Shown: in pieces, positions 45,650 to 58,336 of the stretch | How positions within the stretch are numbered: position 1 is the stretch's first letter | Layout of the letters: each line of letters opens with the position of its first letter | Assembly: GCA_030390025.1 (NCBI GenBank) | Contig: CM059432.1 | Span: forward strand, 66,528,001 to 66,592,000 | Source of the DNA: Squalus acanthias | Lineage: Eukaryota | Length of the DNA: 64,000 nucleotides | Direction of reading: 5' to 3' | Made by a program: the position numbers and the translations under genes | Notes under the pieces: generated by a model | What the model was told of the DNA's origin: nothing | Database searches by the model: none | What the model saw: the letters and a program-made list of their open reading frames with translations, nothing else

Positions 45650-46815
45650 CTTAGCCCCCTTCTATTTCCCATCTACATGTTGCCTCTTGGCCGAAAAAAC
45701 TACATTAGGTTCCACATATACACTGATGATGCTCAGCTCTATCTCACCACCACATATCTTGACCCTCCACTGACTCTGATTTGTCACACTGCTTGTCCGA
45801 CATCCACAATTGGATGAACAGAAATTTCCTCCAACTAAATATTGGGAAGACTGAAGCCATTGTCTTTGGTCCCTGACACAAACTCTGTTCCCTGACCAAT
45901 GTTTCCATCTGTGGCAACTGTCTGACGCTGAGCCAGACCATTCCCAACTTGGTGTAATATTTGACCCCAATGTGAGCTTCCGACCACATATCTGCTCCAT
46001 CATCAAGACTGCCTACTTCCATCTCCATAACATCGCCTGACTCCACCCCTGCCTCAGTTCATCTGCTGCTGAAACTTTCACCATGCCTTTGTTACCTCTA
46101 GACTTGTCTATTCCAATGCACTCCTGGCCAGCCTCCCATCTTCCACCCTATGTAAACTTGTGCTCACCCAAAACTCTGCTGCCCGTATCTTAACTCGCAC
46201 CAAGTCTCGTTTACCCATCACCCCTGTGCTCGTTGACCTACACTGGCACCCAGTCCGACAACGCCTCAATTTTAAAATCCTCATCCTTGTTTTCAAATCC
46301 CTCCATGGCCTCGCCTCTCCCTATCTCTGTAATCTCCTTCTGCCCTATTACCCTCTGAGATCTCTGTGCTCCTCCAATTCTGGCGTCTTGTGCATCCTCG
46401 ATTTTATTCACACCACCATTGGCGGCCGTGCCTGAGCTGCCTTGGCCCTAAGCTCTGGAATTCCCTCCCTAAACCTCTCCACTTCTCTCCCTCTCCTCCT
46501 TTAAGATGTTTCTTAAAACCTACCTCTTTGACCAAGCTTTTGGTCATCTGTCCTGATATCTCCTTCAAAAGCAAAATACTGTGGATGCTGGAAATCTGAA
46601 ATAAAAACAGAAAATGCTGGAAATACTCAGCAGGTGAGGCAGCATCTGTGGAGAGAGAAACAAAGTTAACGTTTCAGGTCAATGACCTTTTGTCAGATAT
46701 TTCTATATCCTTCTGTGGCTCAGTGTCAAAAATGTTTTTATTGATAGCGTTCTTGTTAAGCGCCTTGGGACATTTTGCTATGTTAAAGGCATTATATAAA
46801 TGCAAGTTGTTGTTA
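45650..46815 (+). mobile_element. L2 LINE 3' fragment
   Basis: FHIYTDDAQLY-like segment, QLNIGKTEA and QNSAARILT..ITPVLVDLHWHPVRQRLNFKIL. Tail ataaatgcaagttgttgtt. Confidence 0.85.
46567..46697 (-). mobile_element. Short Penelope-related repeat with a near-intact hammerhead, inserted in L2
   Basis: The minus strand reads CTGACAA-aaggtcattgacct-GAAA-cgtt-aac. Confidence 0.75.
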
Positions 46816-47249
46816 TATAAGCGTTGTTGGGATTGATTTTCCTCCTTTACATTGCCTAAAATCAGGCAGTATAATGGCTGAAAATGGGAAAAGGGGTAAT
46901 GAGGCCTGCAGCAGGATCTCTCCCAGGAATATCTTCACCCCAGCAGGGAACTTGGCTGTCAAACGCTTGACTAGCCTGCTGCATTTAAAGGATATTGGGA
47001 GAGGGTAGGATCATAGGGAACTAGCCACTTTCCCTTTATCCTGCTCTACTGCTAACCGATCGCAGAAACTGCCAAGAGAAGTGTGGTGGTACACTCTGGG
47101 GTAACAGTGGCAAGCTCACTATTGATAATGTTGAAGGGAGAGGGCCTAGTAATTTACATGGCTCTTTCTCTTCCGGCCCCTTACCTGCAGCCAGAGAGCC
47201 TGTAGCTCACTAAAAGCCCCTCTTCTTAAAGGTGCTTCTGCCCCGTTCA

Positions 47250-47395
47250 AGAGATGCTCCTTCTCAAAGTGGAGAGAATCGCCAAGAAGATCGCGCATAT
47301 TGACACAGACATCAAGTACCTGCAGAGATGCAAGAAAGCAGAAAAGATTCCGAAAGGACTACAGATTACGAACCCACTCAAGTCGACATACAACC
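47250..47395 (+). mobile_element. Probable Penelope-like ORF N-terminal fragment
   Basis: Translates as LKVERIAKKIAHIDTDIKYLQRCKKAEKIPKGLQITNPLKSTYN, resembling the PLE N-terminal 'C....IPKGL' motif. Confidence 0.55.
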
Positions 47396-48439
47396 TCCAC
47401 ATCACACCTTCTCTTTGAGGCATTGTAACAGGTGTTCCATTGCAGCACCACTGAATTCTCCTGCACAGCAGCAGCAGCAGATTGTCTTTGTGTGGAGGGG
47501 TCTTGCTGGGAGCCCGTCCTGCATATTTAATAAGCTCTGCCCCAGGAAAAAAGGTAAGGGTCAGAGTGGGTATGGTGCAGTGGGTGGAAGTCCCACTCCA
47601 ACCTTCCTCTGCTGTTGAAACTGCCTCTAAGAAAAATCCAGCCCTTTGATTTTCTCAATGGTGGCTGAAGTGGAAATCTATTTTTTTTTGTTCCTTTTCT
47701 CAGCAATTACATTTCTCACACGGGCAAAAAAGTTTATATTAAGTAAATGTACCTATATCTTAGTAAAAATCTTACATCTGCATGCACATTCTGTCTGCAC
47801 AACCTGACTTCTTTATTTGTAAGTATTTGTCACACTTTTTCTGTCAACCTTTCCTATTATAAATTCCTTTCTTCACATTTATAATGGATTTTGCCTATGT
47901 AAACTTGTTACTGTTATTATAATATCTGGCTACCAGGTTCCCACAAATTGCTTTCAGAATTATTTGCCATTGCCAATTTTTCTCAATAACTGAAATTATT
48001 AAAGTTCAAAATAAGGTTTTAAACAAAAAAACAAAAAAATGTTTAAATCAAAATAATTACATACTTCACAACAACATGATTACATTTATCCATTGAATTA
48101 TCTTTTGTGTCTATAAATGCCTTTATTAAAGTTTTTACTTGAAGGATTCAGCCTCTCTCCAAAGTCTGGGGTTGGACTTGAAATTTTTGCCCAGAGCATT
48201 GATGCTGTGAGCTGAATTTGGAATTGTACAGTTTGAGCATGTGTATTGTAGCTAGTTTCCTGAATGTATCAGTGCCAGTCAGCTATACTGATGGAATTTC
48301 TTTATCTCCTAGCAATTTCTGCTCTGAGGGTTTCCAAAATTATTTGACGAAAAGCTATAGGACAAATTTCAAAATTGTTATTCAGGTTAAACTTATATTG
48401 AGTCCCCTCACTTGATTCCACTTTTAACTACCTGATTGC

Positions 48440-48812
48440 AGCCAGAGCATCTCCAGTAATGGCTTCTCTTCTCATCCCTACACCATTATCTCTGGAGTCC
48501 CCCAAAAGATCCATCCTTGGCCCCCATCATCCATGCACTGCCCCTTAGCAATATCTTCTGCAGGCATGGGGTCAGCTTTCACATGTACGCTGATGACATT
48601 CATCTCCACCAGCTCTCTTGATCCTTGTCTGACATCCAGTATTGAATTAGCTGCAATTTCTTCCTGTTAAACATTGGGAAGACCAAAGCCATCATCTTTA
48701 GCCCCTGCTACAAACTCCGTACACTTACCACCAATCCAACCCCCCTCACTGGTCACTGTCTCAAGCTGAACCAAACTGTTAAAAACCTTGGCATCCTATT
48801 TACCCTGAACTG
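48440..48812 (+). mobile_element. L2 RT fragment
   Basis: tctggagtccccc..atccatccttggcccc..tttcacatgtacgctgatgac (SGVP..SILGP..FHMYADD). Confidence 0.75.
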
Positions 48813-49659
48813 AACTGATAAAATGGGATGGAATACTTTTGGAAAATGTTGCAATTATACTTAGTAATAATCTCTTTTCATTTTGAAGGTTTTAAAGTAA
48901 AATCATAGCTCGAAACGTTCCACAAATGATGCTCTAAAGGCTTCTGAGTGTTGATTTTTTTATTTTGCCTATAAAGCAGATTTGTTGCTCAAGTACTGTC
49001 CGTATAAAATTTGCATTCTAAATTAAGCCATGTTCTGACATATTTTAATTATATTCAGTCATACTATAACATCTAAAACATTTCAAATCTTATGACAAAT
49101 GTTACATGGGGATATTATATAATTAGTTCTGTACTACCTAACTCAAGTCTGTTACTGTAACTGCTCATACCAATATAAGTCTATCAAGATCCTGCTGATG
49201 TTATATTTCACAATCTCTGGGGTAAGGATTTCCTTTGTATTATACCTTAGCATCTCTTCCTGGAAAAAACACAAGTTCAAAATTGATTAACATCCCCCTA
49301 TTGTCCCTACAAAAACAACGGTGATACCACTGGTGTAATTTTAGAAGATAAAATTGTTTGGATTAAGGCAGAGTGCAAAGAGCTAGAAGATACATCTTGA
49401 AGAACCTTTCATACATCTTTCTGATCTGATTGTAATAAAAACTTTTGTCATGTGACTTTTTTCTATAGCATTTGGTTAATGAGAGTTCCAAAACAAAACA
49501 AAATGGTTGATCGTGATGAAAAAGACAAGTTAGAATCAAATAACTCTTTTGAAAATAAGTTTCTAATTTATAAGATTGAACAGCTTCAGTGCAGATTTGT
49601 TTTGCTACAAGTCAGTCCAGTGTGTTGGCTCATACTCCTCGATGGTCCTTTTATACCTT

Positions 49660-49962
49660 GCCCATGTAGACATTCTTCGTGTATAAGTCTAGGCAGTGAG
49701 TGTTAGGCAGACTATTCAACTGTGGCACGCAGCACAGACCAGCCTGGTTCTGTCCTCAACTGACATCTACACATGCGCTTCCTAGCAGGAGTCACTAGGT
49801 AATGATCAGGACCAAGAAGCCTCCCTAGCCCATGGCAATAACAGCACCCTTACAGCCACGCTACCAACAGCTAACCCAGGACAGACTGAAGATTGAACCT
49901 GCAAGCTTGCTGATCTGTGTGCCTCAGATACCCTATTATCTGGTGAATTTACCACTAAGCCA
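49660..49962 (-). mobile_element. Old tRNA-derived SINE-like fragment
   Basis: The minus strand has an A-box-like ggcttagtggt and a B-box-like ggttcaatc. Confidence 0.4.
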
Positions 49963-50229
49963 TTGGAGATCTGTAGGAAAGGTATGTGGTCAAAAATATA
50001 CGTTCCTTCTGTCACGGTCTGGCAGGAAGGGCTGCAAATTAGACCAGGGCCCAGATATGCCAGGTTCCAGTCATGTCAGACATTCCATGGGGCCTAGTAA
50101 GGGGCAGAGCCTCCACTCACCCATCCCAAACTAGGCCAGTACCACAGGAAAGGGTAGAGCCAGAGGTCGGGACTCCCATTGCTGGGAGTTTCTGTGTCTC
50201 CAGACTCTGAGTAGCCGAGCAGATCTTTA

Positions 50230-52735
50230 CAGCAACAATAGCTTGCATTTATATAGTGCTTTTAATATAGTAAAATGTCCCAAGGTGCTTCACAGGAGCA
50301 ATATCAAACAAAATTTGACACTGAGCCACATAAGGTGATATTAGGACAGGTGATCAAAAGCTTGGTCAAATAGGTAGATTTTGCGCAGCATCTTAAAGGA
50401 GGAGAGAGAGGTAGAGAGGCGGAGAGGTTTAGGGAGGGAATTACTGATCTAGGACCAAGGCAGCTAAAGGCATGGCTGCCAATGATGCAGAGTTTAAAAT
50501 CGGGGATGCGCGGGAGGCCAGAATTGGAGGAGTGCAGAGATCTCTGAGGGTTGTAGGCCTGAGGAGGCTACAGAAATAGGGAGGGGGAGGCTATGGAGGG
50601 ATTTGAAAACAAGGATGAGAATTTTTATTCTGGACCGGAAGCCAATCTAGGTCAACGAGCAAAGGGATGATGAGTGAACGGGACTTTTGCAAGTTAGCAG
50701 AGTTATGGATAAGTTCAAGCTTATGGAGGGTGGAAGATGGGAGGGTGGCCAGGAGAGCATTGGAATAGTCAAATCTAGAGGTATCAAAGGAATGGATGGC
50801 AGTTTCAGCAGCAGGTGAGCTGAGGTGGAGGTGGAGACGGGCAATGTTACGAAGGTGGAAATAGGCGGTCTTGGTGATGGGGCAGATATGGGGTCAGAAA
50901 CTCATCTCAGAGTCAAATATTACACCAAGGTTGTGAATGGTCTGATTCAGCCTCAGACAGTGGCCAGGAAGAGGGATGAAATCATTGGCTAGGGAACGGA
51001 GATTGTGGTGGGGATCGAAGACAGTGGCTTGAGCCTTCCCAATATTTCGTTGGAAGAAATTTCTGCTCATCTAGTACTGGATGTTGGACAAGCAGCGCAA
51101 CAAGTCAAAGGCAGTGGAAGGGTCGAGAGAGGTGGTGGTAAGGTAGAGCTGGGTGTCGTTAGTTTACATGTGGAACCTGATGTGTTTTCGGATGATGTCG
51201 CCGAGGGGCAGCATGTAGATGAGAAATAAAAGGGGGCCAAGGATAGATCCTCGGGGGACTCCAGAGGTAATGGTGCGAGAGCGGGAAGAAAGGTCATTGC
51301 AGGTGATTCTCTGGCTATGACTGGATAGATAGGAATGGAACCGGGCAAGGGCAGTCTCACCCAGCTGGACAACGGTGGACAGACGTTGGAGGAGGATGGT
51401 ATGGTCAACCATGTTGAAGGCTACACAGAGGTCGAGAAGGATGAGGAGGGATAGTTTACCATGATCACCATCACATTTGTGACTTTCAGAACTGTGGCAG
51501 GGGCGGAAACCTGATTAGAGGGGTTCAAACATGAAGTTGTGGGAAAGAAGGGCACGGATTTGGGAGGTGACAACTTGTTCAAGGACTTTGGAGAGGAAAG
51601 AGAGATTGGAGATGGGTCGGTAGTTTGCAAGGACAGAGGGGTTAATGGTGAGTTTTTTGCGTAGGTGGGTGATGACGGCAGATTTGAAGGGGAGGGGGAC
51701 AGTACTTGAGGCGAGGGAACCATTAACAATATCAGCTAACATGGGGACAGGAAGGGAAGTTGGGTGGCCAGCAGTTTGGTGGGAGCAAGACGGGGGTCGC
51801 CTGGACAAGTTGAGCTCAGAGAGGGCCTGAGGGAAGATAAGAGAGAAACTAGAGAAAGATGCAAGTTCAGGGCTAGGGCAGGGGAGAACCTTAGAGGAAG
51901 TTTAGCTTGGTGGGCCAAGGGAAGGGAGGGATGAGGCAGAGACTGCTGAACGGATGGTCTTAATCTTAGTGACAAAGATGTCCATGAGCTCCTCACACTT
52001 GTTATTGGATGTGAGAGTGGAGGTGGCAGGGGAGAGGGGCTTGAGAAGGCAGTTTGTAGTGAAGAAGAGGAGCCGGGGGTTATCGTTGCATTCCAGAATG
52101 ATCCTGGAATAGTGAGCAGTTTTGGCAGAGGAGTGCAGGACCCGATAGTACTTTATGTGGCCCAGCCGGATCTCGCTGAACCACTTGTCCGCCATCAACA
52201 TCTAAGTCTGCGTCTTTGGACATAAGGTAGTGGAGATAAGGGCCGTACCAGGGGGAGCAACCAGGGTGAGAAAGAGTAATGGTTTTAATGGCTACAACGG
52301 TATCAAAGGTCAGGGTGTGATTGAGCAGATTGAGCTGCAGTAATGTTGTGATGAATTGAGGGTCAAAGGCTAAGCAGTTGAGAATTTGAAAATGCCGTTG
52401 TAAGTAACTTGGGGCAGAGTTTTTTCCAGGGGTGGACACAAAAGGAAGTGGGGATGGGAGGGGGAAGGGGATGTGGGTGGAGAGTGATGCAAGGAAGCGA
52501 TCAGAAATGGCCCTATCTGTGATTGACACAATGGGAGTAGAGAGGCCACGTGAGATGGCAAAGTCGAGGGGGTGGCTGTGAATGTGGGTAGTATAGTTTT
52601 TATGGAGGGACAGATTAAGGGAGGATAGAAGGGCAGTGAACTCATTGAAGAGAGAGTATGATGAGATGAGATGGAGTTTGAAATCACTGAGGATGAGAAG
52701 TCGCTTGGAACAAGGGCTGAGGAAGGAAAACTGTG
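50230..52735 (-). mobile_element. L2 LINE, 5'-truncated and degraded
   Basis: NYRPISNLSFLSKVLE, VDHTILLQRL..SGVPRGSILGPLLFLIYM and SPWY. 3' tail ctatataaatgcaagctattgttg. Confidence 0.88.
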
Positions 52736-53425
52736 AAGATTAATGGCTGCTATAACAGTTGATACTAAGCTACTAGCCCACCAAAGAGAGAAAGTGTGGC
52801 CCATCTGGAGGTCCAGCCCTGGGTTGAGCATTTATAGCCAAGTGTAGCCTTTGTGGGGTTTTGGTTCCCATTTGTTGAGCTTCTCAGCATCGTTGCACAG
52901 CCACTTGGCTTTTAAGAACATTTACCTCAGCAAACCATGTCACACATTTGAGCCACATGGCATACCTCAAGATGATCATTGTAAGCTATGTGAAGTGCCC
53001 AAGGAATTGAGTGAGCATTGCATTTTATATTATACTAGTAAATCTGCTGAAATGTTGCCCGTAGATAGAGGTCGAGCAATGATTTGGAGGCTTTGTATGG
53101 AGTGAATGGTAGGTAAAGGCTATGACTCATCAAGGAGAAAAAAACAGTAGCAAACAGGGAAGAAGGGTCCAAGACAGGGAGTGGAGCAAGAAGCAGGCAA
53201 AGCCAAGGTTTATCGAGGAGCAGGGACCTGGGAAGCAGGGTTGGAGCTGGGGGAAGGAGGGAATGGCAGCCCGACGCTATAGGGAGCAGTGGAGCAAGCA
53301 AAATCCACATTTGGTTTGCTGGTGGTGATGCGATCAGGGATTATGGAGATAAACAACACACTTCTTTCTTTTTATATGTTTGCTAGATTGTAACTGTGAC
53401 GGTTAACAGGCAGCTGAATTCTCCC

Positions 53426-53556
53426 CCCAGTTTTCTGATTGGTCAACTGTTTCTACTGTGAGAAACAACTAATCAGAAAGGGAAGCTGATTTTTTTCCCC
53501 TACTATCGGATTAGTTGATTTTGTAGTAAGAATATTGAACTAATCTGAAAACTGGG
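53426..53556. mobile_element. Palindromic 131-bp MITE relic
   Basis: The left arm cccagttttctgattggtcaac..aactaatcag is mirrored by gattagttg..gaactaatctgaaaactggg. Confidence 0.65.
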
Positions 53557-56500
53557 CCAAGAGCCCACACTGAACCAAACAGAAAGCTCGTGCGTGATAA
53601 ATACCTGTATTAGAAAAAGAAAAGTTTAAAAGAGTATGAGAAGGCACAGAGGAATGGAACTAAGTGAATAGCTCTTTCAGAGAGCTAGCACAGTCTCCCT
53701 ATAGAATCATTGAATGCCCTGCTTTCTAGCTGTAAATTTGTTTGATTCTATATGATCACTGCAGAAAGAAAACCTATTATATCGAAGTTAAGGGATAAGG
53801 TAATTTTACGATTATGTTCCTGATGCGTAGCTTCACACTGGGAGTTCAAATTGGGGATTTGGGCACATGCTCCCCATAATTTTGCTTCTAATGGAGTTGA
53901 ATTTACTCGGTTATTCTGGCAGATTCCCACCATAACTCCAGTGTGGTCCCAGGCGATTTCTATGCTGTTCCGCTGGACCCTTGATACGCTGCATCCCTAC
54001 CAATGCTGGGAGTTCCTGGTTGCCCTTGTAAGAGACAGAGCCGCTGCCCACCTCTTACAAAGCCAGTGATAGAGAGTGGAACCAGGGAAAGGGACTCCCT
54101 ACACTGGAATTTCCCACTTCGCCTCAGTTGGGACCTGGTGTATGTTTAGATGCCAGTATATCCAGTGCGATGATGCATACCAGCTTTCAGAATGGTGTAA
54201 GTGGGCCCCATGGAGGAGTCCAGGTCAGGGAAGCAGCCGGGACCCTCCAAGATGAAGACATTTAAAAAATAGTTGATGGTTTCTGCCACCTTAGTAAGGG
54301 GTCTGAAAGGGTAATAAAAAGGTTCCTCGGGGGGGTGTGGGGTGGTTGGGGGGGGGGGCAGGCCCCTTCTTTGGATAGCAGCCAGGCCCACTAGCCCCAT
54401 GCAAATGAGGTCCCCTCGCACGAGCCCCACAGTAACTCTCCTCATCGTTACATTCCCTGTACTTTCTACGAGTTGGATACTTTCATACTGCTATGTTGAC
54501 AGTCTGCAATGTGCTAAAGAACACTGTGTAGGTGGCATTAGTCAATCACAAGAAACCAATTGCTTCTGTTAATGGAGTGCATTGAAAAACAAGACACCCC
54601 GAGTGCACAAATCATTCAATTTAAACTAATTATCGCCTTCATAACTAACTAATCATATTAGGATGTTTTCATATTTCACATCACATGAAAACATCAATAA
54701 ACAATGCAATCATTTACAGGCAGGAAGCAAGCCAACTTTTAAGAATAATCTCTCTCTTCAGACTGCTGCATTCCATCTGAATAGTTAAAAATGAAAGCCT
54801 TTCTTTTAAAGTGCAGTTCTAGCAAATATGTAAAAACTGGCTAAAATTCTACATCTGACACCATTTAATTCCAAAGGGATGAGAAAACTGACATCCAAAC
54901 CAAATGAAACCATTATGAATTATTGAAGTTAAAATAACATGAACGCTGATAATTTGAAGTAAAAACAGAAAATGTTGGAAATGCACAGCTGTTCAATCAG
55001 TAAGTCAAAAGGAAAGAAAAGCTAATATTTCAGATGTGAATTGATGCAGGGAAACCTGAAATGTTAACCAATGTTTCTCTTTCAGTTGCTGATTAATTTA
55101 CAGTGCATTTCTGGTCATTTGGCTTTTATTTTATTATGAATTGGTGTAAGTCACGTGCCTGCAGGAAGCTTGAGAAGCTTTGAAAATATTGAATAACTGG
55201 ACCGTGACCTTTGTGCCGTCACCTCCGTTCAATGACTTCTTGATATATAAAATATTGCAGTCAATTTCCCACTTCCCAGCACAAGTGCTGAATCTCAAGC
55301 AGAGCTGTTTACGGTATCAAACAGTAATATCCATCTGAAATGTCAAAATTAACCATTCTGTGTTGTTTAAAAGGATAATTTACACTCCCCTTATAATGTT
55401 ACATTTATTGGCAAGGAATATCACAATTAAGAAATAAAACAGTTTCCATTTTATGATGCCCAGTGTCAACACTGAACACTCTAAGGTCAGATACAGCATG
55501 GTATAGCACAGTCAGAAGCAGATTAAAGCTTCCTCTGCGCCCTCTAAAAATCTTTTAATACTGAGAGCACAGTACTGGGTGCCCCAGCATTAGTAATTCT
55601 CTTCTTTAACTGCAGTTAGAATGTCAATGGGATGTATCTGAAACACAAAAATGGAAATTCCTGCCATATTAAAATGAGATTGGAACTCCATAAAGTACAT
55701 TTATATATCTAGACCCTTGGGACCATTAAAGGCGGGGGCACACTTTTCATGCAAAAGTTGCAGCCCAATGAGGTCTTCAGCACCGCGATTTTAACTTGTT
55801 GAAATACAAGGCCCGCCAAGGTTGAAAGCCACCAGTAAAACTTGGCAGGATAGGTGTCCCACAGACTGACTGATACTGTATAAAATGGGCTCGCAGCTGC
55901 AGCACAGTGGGTCATTGGATTTTCACTGCCTGGCTTTCCAGGACAGTCATCAACTTCCAGATAACTTCTCTCATACTTTTTTTTTTGCCTTACTTTTACT
56001 TTTCATGATGGATGAACAGTTGGAGGATGAGGAGCACCAGCAGTCTCAAGATCCTCAGACATGTTTGAAACAAAAAACTACTGTTAACAGCTACCGGATA
56101 GATAGTCCTGAAAAGCTAGTAGTTTACATGCATTTTCTGTCACCGGAGCAATGCACAGACAGATACATGGAAAAGTTTCTCAAGTAAGTAGCATTTCAAC
56201 TCAATGTGATTCTAATTGATTTTCTCTTTCTCGCATGTAGACTTATGGCTTTTTACACCTCAGAGACCTCCACTCGTTTGAAGATGTTGTTTTCTTGGCA
56301 AATGATGGTTGCTGTTTATTTGTTGTGTCACTAACGCTTTTTACACATTACAGATGGCTGAACTTGCTTATGAAACAACATAATCAAATCCCTGTAACTA
56401 CCCATGGTGTACTTCAATTCACAAAGAGGATAACAGGTTTCCAGCTATTCTATTAAGCTCATCCCACACGTCTTCCCTCACAGTTGCTCTGTGAAAAAAA

Positions 56501-57159
56501 AATCTTAGAATGATCTGTCACTTTGACTAATCTCCCCTATTCATCTCACTGCTAAGTGATATCCTCTTCTGATTAGAACAGGGAAACCCTGTTCATTCAA
56601 TACCAGAGGTATCCTACACATCCCCGAAGGATAACTCAATCAATGCTAGGGTAATTCCTTCTTTTTTATATTGATTACAAGTTTTGAAAGCAAGCCAACC
56701 TATCCAGCAGATCTGTCAGCCTCCTTCTTTTTTGCATTTTGTGTAACATAAATTGTTTTGTAGATTTTTTTTGTGGAAAATTATGCAAAAATTGTAAATT
56801 CATACTGAAATTACACCTCAACTATCACATCCCTTGAGGGTATAACATACAATGGTTATGGAAGATTACAAGAACAACTATAGCCTGCTGTTTTATTTTT
56901 AGAATTCTGAATTTTGTCCCATAATTTCTGCCCCTGTAGACAGCTGAGCTCACAACAATCCCCTATAGCTGGGAGATGGAGATTGGTGGAGATATGGAAC
57001 TTTCTACAATCCCAACCCTAGGAGTTTGCACATCTATAACTGGGAGTAGAGCAGGGTAAGGTCAGCATCCAGTTCACCCAGTGATAGCAGGTAGTACTGG
57101 CTTGCCGATTGATGCATGTGGAGACCACATGGGGTTCGGACCAGGGACATGGCATCGCC

Positions 57160-57368
57160 TGAGCTTCGGTAGCGTTCTGAGATAGCGCCTCACTCCCTGA
57201 CGTTTGCGCCTTAAGAGAGGTGTGTAGCGCCTGAGTTAGCGCTCAAATCACCTCCAGGGGCAATAGAGGCCAATTTTGCAGTCGGAGGCGATAATTAGTG
57301 CCGGGCGCTAAACTTTGCGCCCGGCCGATATTAGCACCCCAAAATGGGCGATACCGAATCTTTCCCCC
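57160..57368. mobile_element. Orphan right end of an H1-type Harbinger
   Basis: Aligns by eye with 4990-5192 (tttgcgccttaagagaggtgtg..gataattag..ccccaaa..). Ends gaatctttccccc. Confidence 0.8.
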
Positions 57369-58336
57369 ATGGTCTCGACCCCCCAAATAATGAGGACTTT
57401 TTCTGAAGATTATGCTGCCCCTTTAGAAAGAGGTTCAATCAGGACACTAACATCATCTTTCTAGGAGTGGACTCAACAACTCTCAGGAACCGGCAGCACT
57501 TGAACCATTTTCTGGCCTTGCAAGGCATTGGTGCCCACCATTTGGATTTGATTTAAGGAACCTCCCCATGGCCCCATGAATTTTGGCAAAGTCAGCGGCG
57601 CAAATCCCAGATGGACACATATTAACACTTACACTGGGACGAGCCCACCCATGGATTTTAATTGCAGTACATAGGAACTGCTGTGCTGTGATAGGCTTCT
57701 TTAGAAGTTGATTTCACATGCCCATTGTTTTTTTCCTTCATTTGCAAGTTTGCAAGCATTGATTTCTCAATGAATTTATACAAGCCAATCATTGCATTTA
57801 ATGCTGACGGACTATGGCCGGAATTTTACCAGCGCTGAGAGGGCGGGATCGGAAACGGGTCAGCTGTCAAAATAGAAAAGATTGACAGCGGGTCAGGAAC
57901 CCACTGTCAAGCCGCCTCCACGCGAGTCTCCCAGGTGTCGGGTCTGTCAGCGCTGAACAGACCCAACACCAAGCGGCGGGGGAGACAATTTAGATCATTA
58001 GATGCATTGTTAAGAGGCAATTAATTCTTATTTTAAGCTCACCTTTAGACTTTTAGGGCTGGATTTTGTCATTGGTGTCGGGTTGGGGGCGGGTCAGGTG
58101 GTCGGCGGGTCCCGACCCCGCCTCCGATGTGAGGCGGGACAATTGAGCGATTTTCCCCTAATTGGGCACTTGAATTCCAGCGTGTGGGAACCCCTGGCCC
58201 AATGAGTATTTTGGTCCTGAAACTCGCCTCTGATGACATCATCTCTGCAGCTGCATTTAAGGCCTGCAAGCAGCCTTGGTTCTTTTTCTGCCTCAGAACT
58301 TTTGGCTTATACTTCTGAGGGATTCGTGCTCCAACC

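Noticed and set aside
52930..53060. Cys/His peptide (HCKLCEVPKELSEHCIL) resembling a LINE C-terminal zinc knuckle
   Set aside because: It is short and incomplete, with no adjoining RT evidence.
55885..56300. Possible host exons with a gtaagt donor and tag acceptor
   Set aside because: The frame ends in a stop at the donor. The peptide (YMHFLSPEQC) looks more like a decayed Harbinger transposase N-terminus.
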